Source of the DNA: a bacterium
GTDB lineage: Bacteria; Patescibacteriota; Minisyncoccia; Minisyncoccales; JAGLPU01
Assembly: GCA_030594935.1 (NCBI GenBank)
Contig: JAUVEE010000001.1
Location: forward strand, 1 to 28,618
Reading direction: 5' to 3'
DNA: 28,618 bases
In this document: piece by piece, positions 24,272-28,618 of the stretch
Numbering within the stretch: the first letter of the stretch is position 1
How the letters are laid out: every line of letters starts with the position of its first letter
Position numbers and translations under genes: made by a program
Notes under the pieces: generated by a model
The model's database searches: none
What the model was told of the DNA's origin: nothing
The model's input: the letters and a program-made list of their open reading frames with translations, nothing else

Positions 24272-26407
24272 TTACTCCGGCCATTTCTCAATAATCAGGG
24301 ATTTCTTCTTTTTTAAGGGAAGCGATTGGTAAATTTCCTCAGTGATAAAAGGCATGCAAGGATGCAAGATTTTCAAAGAAGTTGCCAGAACGTAAATCAG
24401 AATCTTCTTAGTGTTTTCAGCTGACTTCGCTTCTCTAATTTGATTCTTGGCCTCTTCGATGTATAAATCGCAGAATTGGTGCCAAAAAAAATGGTAAATT
24501 TCCTGAATAGCGGCCCCAAAATAGAATTTGGCCATATTGTTGTTCACTTTCTTGATGGTCTTTGCCAATGCGCTCAAAATCTTTTTGTCTTCTTTGGTAA
24601 CAGGTTTTGGCTTTGTGGCTAGATCAAACTTCTCATTCCCCAGCTGCTGCATAACAAAGCGGGAGGCGTTCCAAATTTTGTTGCAGAATTTCTTGCCCGC
24701 CATCATATTCTCCTCCCCGAATCTTATATCCTGTAATTCCGTAACCTGCCAAGACAAACCAAACCTGGTTGCGTCAGCGCCGTATCTTTCAATTAAATCC
24801 ATGGGATTAATCCCCGTTCCCAAAGATTTTGACATCCTCCGGCCGTCTTTAGCCATGATTGTGGCGTGAATTACTATTTTTTTAAAAGGGACTTGTTTTA
24901 ATAATTCTAAAGAAGAAAAAATCATCCTGACCACCCAAAGATTAATAATATCCCGGGCAGTGATTATCATATCAGTAGGATAAAATTGTTTTAAGTCTTT
25001 TGTTTTTTTGGGCCAGCCCAAAGTGGCGAAAGGCCATAAAGCGGAAGAAAACCAAGTATCAAAAACATCTTCGGACTGCTTGGGTTGGCATTGGCCGCAA
25101 ATAGAGCATTTTTTCGGAGCTTTTAGGGAAACAAAATGAGCTTCTTTCTTTGTCTGGCAAAACCATACCGGCAGCCTGTGCCCCCACCAAATCTGGCGGG
25201 AAATGCACCAATCCTGAATATTCTCCAGCCAAGCAAAATATCCTTTTTCCCATCTTTTAGCCGTAAACACTATTTTCTTTTTTTCCACCGCAGCTATGGA
25301 TAATTTGGCCAATTTGTCCATTTTCACAAACCATTGCCAGGAAGGAATAACTTCAATTGTTGTGTTGCAGCGATAACATTTGGGAACTTGATGGGTATAA
25401 TCAACCACTTTTTCCAAAACGCCCAAACTATCCAATTCCGCAACCACTTTTTCTCTGGCTTCTTTAGCTTTAAGCCCCTGATAAGTTGAAGGAACATTGT
25501 TCATTCGGCCGTTCTCGTCAATAACCTGCATCACCTCCAGTTTATGCCTTTGAGAAATCTGGTAATCCCCCATATCATGGGCCGGAGTAACTTTTACCGC
25601 TCCGGTGCCGAATTCAAGGTCCACGAATTCATCAGCCACGATAGGAATTTCTCTGTTAACAATAGGCAATATTATTGTTTCACCCACTAACTTCTTGTAT
25701 CTCTTGTCTTTAGGGTTCACTGCCACGGCCGTATCGCCCAGCATTGTTTCCGGACGAGTGGTAGCTACTTTAATATATTCATTTTTGTTTTTCAACTTGT
25801 ATTTTATGAACCAAAGTTTGCCTTTTTCTTCCTTGTATTCAAGCTCTAGATCAGACAAGCTTGTCTGGCATCTGGGGCACCAGTTTACCGCTCTTTTCCC
25901 CCGATAAACTAATCCCTTGTTATAATAATGAAGAAAAGACTGATGAACGGCTTCCGTATAATTATCGTCCATAGTGAATCTTGTTCTGGACCAGTCGCAG
26001 GAAACGCCCAGCGATTCTATCTGTTTTAGAATCATGCCTCCATATTCTTTTTTCCACTCCCAAACTTTTTCAATAAACTTATCTCTCCCTAAATCAAATC
26101 TTGTCTGACCTTCTTTTTTCAGCTTCTTTTCTACTACGTTCTGGGTGGCAATACCGGCATGATCTGTGCCCGGCAGCAAAAGAGTTTTAAACCCCTGCAT
26201 TCTTTTCCATCTGATCAAAGTGTCCTGAATGGTAAAATTCAAAGCATGGCCCATATGAAGCGCGCCAGTAACGTTTGGCGGCGGCGTGGCAATGGAAAAA
26301 GAACCCTTCTTGCCTTCCGAAAGGTTGTCGGGATTAAAGAGCCCTCCCTCTTTCCAAGATTGATAAACCTTTTCCTCAATATCTTTAGCTTGATATTGCT
26401 TGTCCAT
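24272..26407 (-). CDS. valS: Valine--tRNA ligase (short form, no C-terminal coiled coil)
   Basis: PPPNVTG.LHMGH, PGTDHAGIATQ, ATTRPET, DWCISRQIWWGH, DTWFSS, RMSKS, LHPCMPFITEE. Confidence 0.96.
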   Translation of the reverse strand: MDKQYQAKDIEEKVYQSWKEGGLFNPDNLSEGKKGSFSIATPPPNVTGALHMGHALNFTIQDTLIRWKRMQGFKTLLLPGTDHAGIATQNVVEKKLKKEGQTRFDLGRDKFIEKVWEWKKEYGGMILKQIESLGVSCDWSRTRFTMDDNYTEAVHQSFLHYYNKGLVYRGKRAVNWCPRCQTSLSDLELEYKEEKGKLWFIKYKLKNKNEYIKVATTRPETMLGDTAVAVNPKDKRYKKLVGETIILPIVNREIPIVADEFVDLEFGTGAVKVTPAHDMGDYQISQRHKLEVMQVIDENGRMNNVPSTYQGLKAKEAREKVVAELDSLGVLEKVVDYTHQVPKCYRCNTTIEVIPSWQWFVKMDKLAKLSIAAVEKKKIVFTAKRWEKGYFAWLENIQDWCISRQIWWGHRLPVWFCQTKKEAHFVSLKAPKKCSICGQCQPKQSEDVFDTWFSSALWPFATLGWPKKTKDLKQFYPTDMIITARDIINLWVVRMIFSSLELLKQVPFKKIVIHATIMAKDGRRMSKSLGTGINPMDLIERYGADATRFGLSWQVTELQDIRFGEENMMAGKKFCNKIWNASRFVMQQLGNEKFDLATKPKPVTKEDKKILSALAKTIKKVNNNMAKFYFGAAIQEIYHFFWHQFCDLYIEEAKNQIREAKSAENTKKILIYVLATSLKILHPCMPFITEEIYQSLPLKKKKSLIIEKWPE

Positions 26408-26416
26408 AATATTGTT

Positions 26417-26445
26417 ATATTATCAGCCAGAAAGCTCCTTGTAAA
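26417..26445 (-). promoter_or_regulatory. Putative valS promoter
   Basis: Minus strand: TTTACA (26440-26445), 17-nt spacer, TGA-TAATAT (26417-26422), 9 nt before the ATG. An imperfect hairpin at 26432-26452 covers the -35. Confidence 0.55.
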
Positions 26446-26477
26446 GAAGCTTGTCTCGTTTAATAGCACTATTCTTG

Positions 26478-28016
26478 TTATTTTTGGACCTTGGGCAGCT
26501 CGATATAGAAAGCTGAGCCCTTGCCCCTTCCTTTTGATTCGGACCAAATCCTGCCCTGGTGCATTTCCGCAAACTTGCGGGCAATATATAATCCCAAGCC
26601 GGCTCCTTCAGTATGGGTTTCGTTGCCGGCGCCTCCCCGGGAAAAGCTATAGAACACTTTGGTTATTTCTTCCGCTGTCATCCCTTCCCCCGTATCAGTA
26701 ATTGAAATCAAAACACTAAATTTTAAATTTTTCACCTTTATGACTATTCCTCCCTGTTTGGTATAGCGAACAGAGTTGTCAATTACATTTAAAATTATCT
26801 GTCTGACTTTCTCCGCATCAATTAAAATTTTCGGCAACGGTTTTTTAGGCTGTTCCCATTTTAAATAAATATTTTTCTTTTTTATTTCCAGCTTCAATTC
26901 GTTAATCACGCTTTCTATCACTTCCTCTAAAGAAACCTTTTCGTAAGTCATTTTTATCTTTCCGGCTTCAATCCGGGAAATATTCAAGAAATTGTTCACT
27001 AGCCTTATCAGCCTTTCATTGCTTTCGTAGACATTATTCATGACTCTTTCTGTTTTTTTAGACAATTTTCCATAGCTTCCTTCAAGAAGCATTGAGATAT
27101 ATCCTTTTGTAGCCGTCAAAGGAGTTCTTAACTGATGAGAAACAATGGAAACAAACTCTGATTTGGCTTTAGATAATTTCTCTAAATTCTCAATTTCCCG
27201 AATCGTTCCTCTAATCAGAAAAAAACCGAATGTTGTTACGAAAAGAAGCACGCCTCCTCTAATTAAAAATTCATCAAAGGAGGGAGCAATAATAGTTTGG
27301 ACTAAAAGAACAAGAATGATCAGACCAGTAAACAGCTCCGTAGTAACTACTCTGATGTTCATTAGATGGTGTTTTAGAATGGCATAAGCTAAAATCACCG
27401 CCCCTATCGTTTCTGCTAAATAAGCTATAATAGGATAAACATCTACCCCATAAGCGGGCAAATAAGCAACAGCTCCTATATTCAGAATACCAAAAGACAT
27501 AAGCATATATTTTGCCTGAACCCTGTTCATGCCACTGGTTTTTTTATAGTAACGGTAAAGATTGCAAAAAAATAAAAATATATAAGTAGCAAAAAAAACT
27601 AAAAAGAGATGATGGAAAAATCTGGCCTGGGTATGAGTCCCCCAACTGTATTTATATAAATCTTCTACAAAATAATTTGTTCCGCTTAAAATAAGAAAAA
27701 TAAAAGAAATAAAATAACCAATTAAAAGTGTTTTCCTCTGTTTCTGCTCAAGTTTTGCAAATATAACACTGATGTGATACATAAGAGCAGGAATAAAAAC
27801 TACCCCCATATAAACAATTCTGTCCCAAAAAATTGCCAGAACATCTTCTTTGCTTGTTAGCATCATAAAGGCGCCGAAAAGCCAAATCGACACAGATATA
27901 CAAAATAAATTAAAGACAAAGCCTAGTTTTGCTTTTCTGCTCTTTGAAAAAACTAATAGGCCTAGTCCTATCATAAAAATAGCACCTACTAAAGAACAGA
28001 CTGCTAATATTTGCAT
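26478..28016 (-). CDS. Histidine kinase with a multi-pass (about 7-8 TM, HisKA_7TM-like) intramembrane sensor
   Basis: Repeated TM helices over the N-terminal half; H-box VSHQLRTP, N-box NVIDNSVRYT, G1 DTGEGM, G2 GAGLGL. Confidence 0.9.
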   Translation of the reverse strand: MQILAVCSLVGAIFMIGLGLLVFSKSRKAKLGFVFNLFCISVSIWLFGAFMMLTSKEDVLAIFWDRIVYMGVVFIPALMYHISVIFAKLEQKQRKTLLIGYFISFIFLILSGTNYFVEDLYKYSWGTHTQARFFHHLFLVFFATYIFLFFCNLYRYYKKTSGMNRVQAKYMLMSFGILNIGAVAYLPAYGVDVYPIIAYLAETIGAVILAYAILKHHLMNIRVVTTELFTGLIILVLLVQTIIAPSFDEFLIRGGVLLFVTTFGFFLIRGTIREIENLEKLSKAKSEFVSIVSHQLRTPLTATKGYISMLLEGSYGKLSKKTERVMNNVYESNERLIRLVNNFLNISRIEAGKIKMTYEKVSLEEVIESVINELKLEIKKKNIYLKWEQPKKPLPKILIDAEKVRQIILNVIDNSVRYTKQGGIVIKVKNLKFSVLISITDTGEGMTAEEITKVFYSFSRGGAGNETHTEGAGLGLYIARKFAEMHQGRIWSESKGRGKGSAFYIELPKVQK

Positions 28017-28026
28017 AAAATTGGTT

Positions 28027-28618
28027 TCACTTTAAGTCTTTACCATAAGAAGTACCGAAACTTTGAAAGGGAGCTATTCTAAAATACTGATTATGTTTTT
28101 CCATTAACGCTAACATCTCTTTTGTTTTTTCTAAAGTGGTATTTCCGATGTGATTAACATTTTTCCCTTCTAGCGCAAGTAACATTGTTTCTGCCATACA
28201 AGCATAAGTTTGTTCTTTTCTTAATCCTATGTCCATAGTATAATTTACCCCTGGAGTTTCAATCACTCCTCCATCAATAAGAATAACGTCTTTTCTCTGC
28301 TCGAAAAGATCTGGTGAAGTATTACGAGGTTGGGTAATATCGTAGACTATTGCCCTTTTTTTTAAATGCTCTGATTCTATTATTCGATTCGTAGCACTAG
28401 TAGCCACTATAACTACTTCTGCTTTTTGAAAATCAACCAAATTGTTAGTAATCTCAATTTCACTATTAGGAAAAATAGATTTAATTTCTTCTTCTAAACT
28501 TTTTACCTTTGATTCTACTCTATCTGCTAAAATTAAAGGTACTTTTTCTTCTGCTAAAAGCAAGCAAACTCCCCTCCCCACAGAACCTCCTGCCCCTACT
28601 ATAGCTACTTTTCCTTTC
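28027..28618 (-). CDS. C-terminal part of an NAD(P)-dependent reductase of the acyl-ACP reductase-like / COG5322 type (partial; the start lies beyond the window)
   Basis: The frame stays open past the ORF track's GTG to the window end: KGKVAIVGAGGSVGRGVC (Rossmann), then VIVATS, YDITQPRN, IDGGVI and YACMAETMLLALEG. Confidence 0.7.
   Translation of the reverse strand, partial: KGKVAIVGAGGSVGRGVCLLLAEEKVPLILADRVESKVKSLEEEIKSIFPNSEIEITNNLVDFQKAEVVIVATSATNRIIESEHLKKRAIVYDITQPRNTSPDLFEQRKDVILIDGGVIETPGVNYTMDIGLRKEQTYACMAETMLLALEGKNVNHIGNTTLEKTKEMLALMEKHNQYFRIAPFQSFGTSYGKDLK

Noticed and set aside
26408-26477. T-box leader upstream of valS (also considered for tyrS)
   Set aside because: The gaps are about 70 bp and 12 bp, far too short, and there is no T-box consensus.
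461-26701. Many short ORFs in the track (for example 461-649, 2249-2560, 10143-10529, 21208-21447, 22242-22520, 26159-26701, 26239-26547)
   Set aside because: They are antisense or out-of-frame shadows of well-supported genes and show no recognisable motifs or initiation signals.
1-28618. Stop-codon reassignment (genetic code 25)
   Set aside because: Long ORFs are intact in code 11, and TGA ends genes at sensible ATGA overlaps.

Overview
A 28.6 kb gene-dense stretch of bacterial chromosome read in the standard code (TGA is used as a stop in several ATGA overlaps). It is most consistent with a Patescibacteria/CPR (Parcubacteria-like) genome; this is an inference from gene content: pilin-LamG paralogues, short ValRS and MurE, a presenilin-like protease, tiny intergenic gaps and few Shine-Dalgarno sites. 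Almost all genes are on the minus strand; the only plus-strand block is elp3 plus an SPFH gene (14452-16856). Housekeeping genes: tyrS, valS, murE and tRNA-Arg(CCG). Repair-type genes: PolX-PHP, an EndoQ-family protein and DUF72. Surface and signalling genes: three type IV pilin-LamG proteins, an Ig/coiled-coil surface protein, two histidine kinases, a stand-alone receiver and a Cache-HAMP protein. The most striking feature is a candidate eukaryote-like wobble-uridine pathway: Elp3 sits head-to-head (3 bp apart) with a Trm9/ALKBH8-like methyltransferase whose stop codon lies inside a tRNA gene, and these are followed by a SLOG protein and an EF-Tu-domain-II-like barrel protein. I saw no transposase, integrase, reverse transcriptase, CRISPR array or rRNA. 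All family assignments come from recognising motifs by eye; no database search was run.
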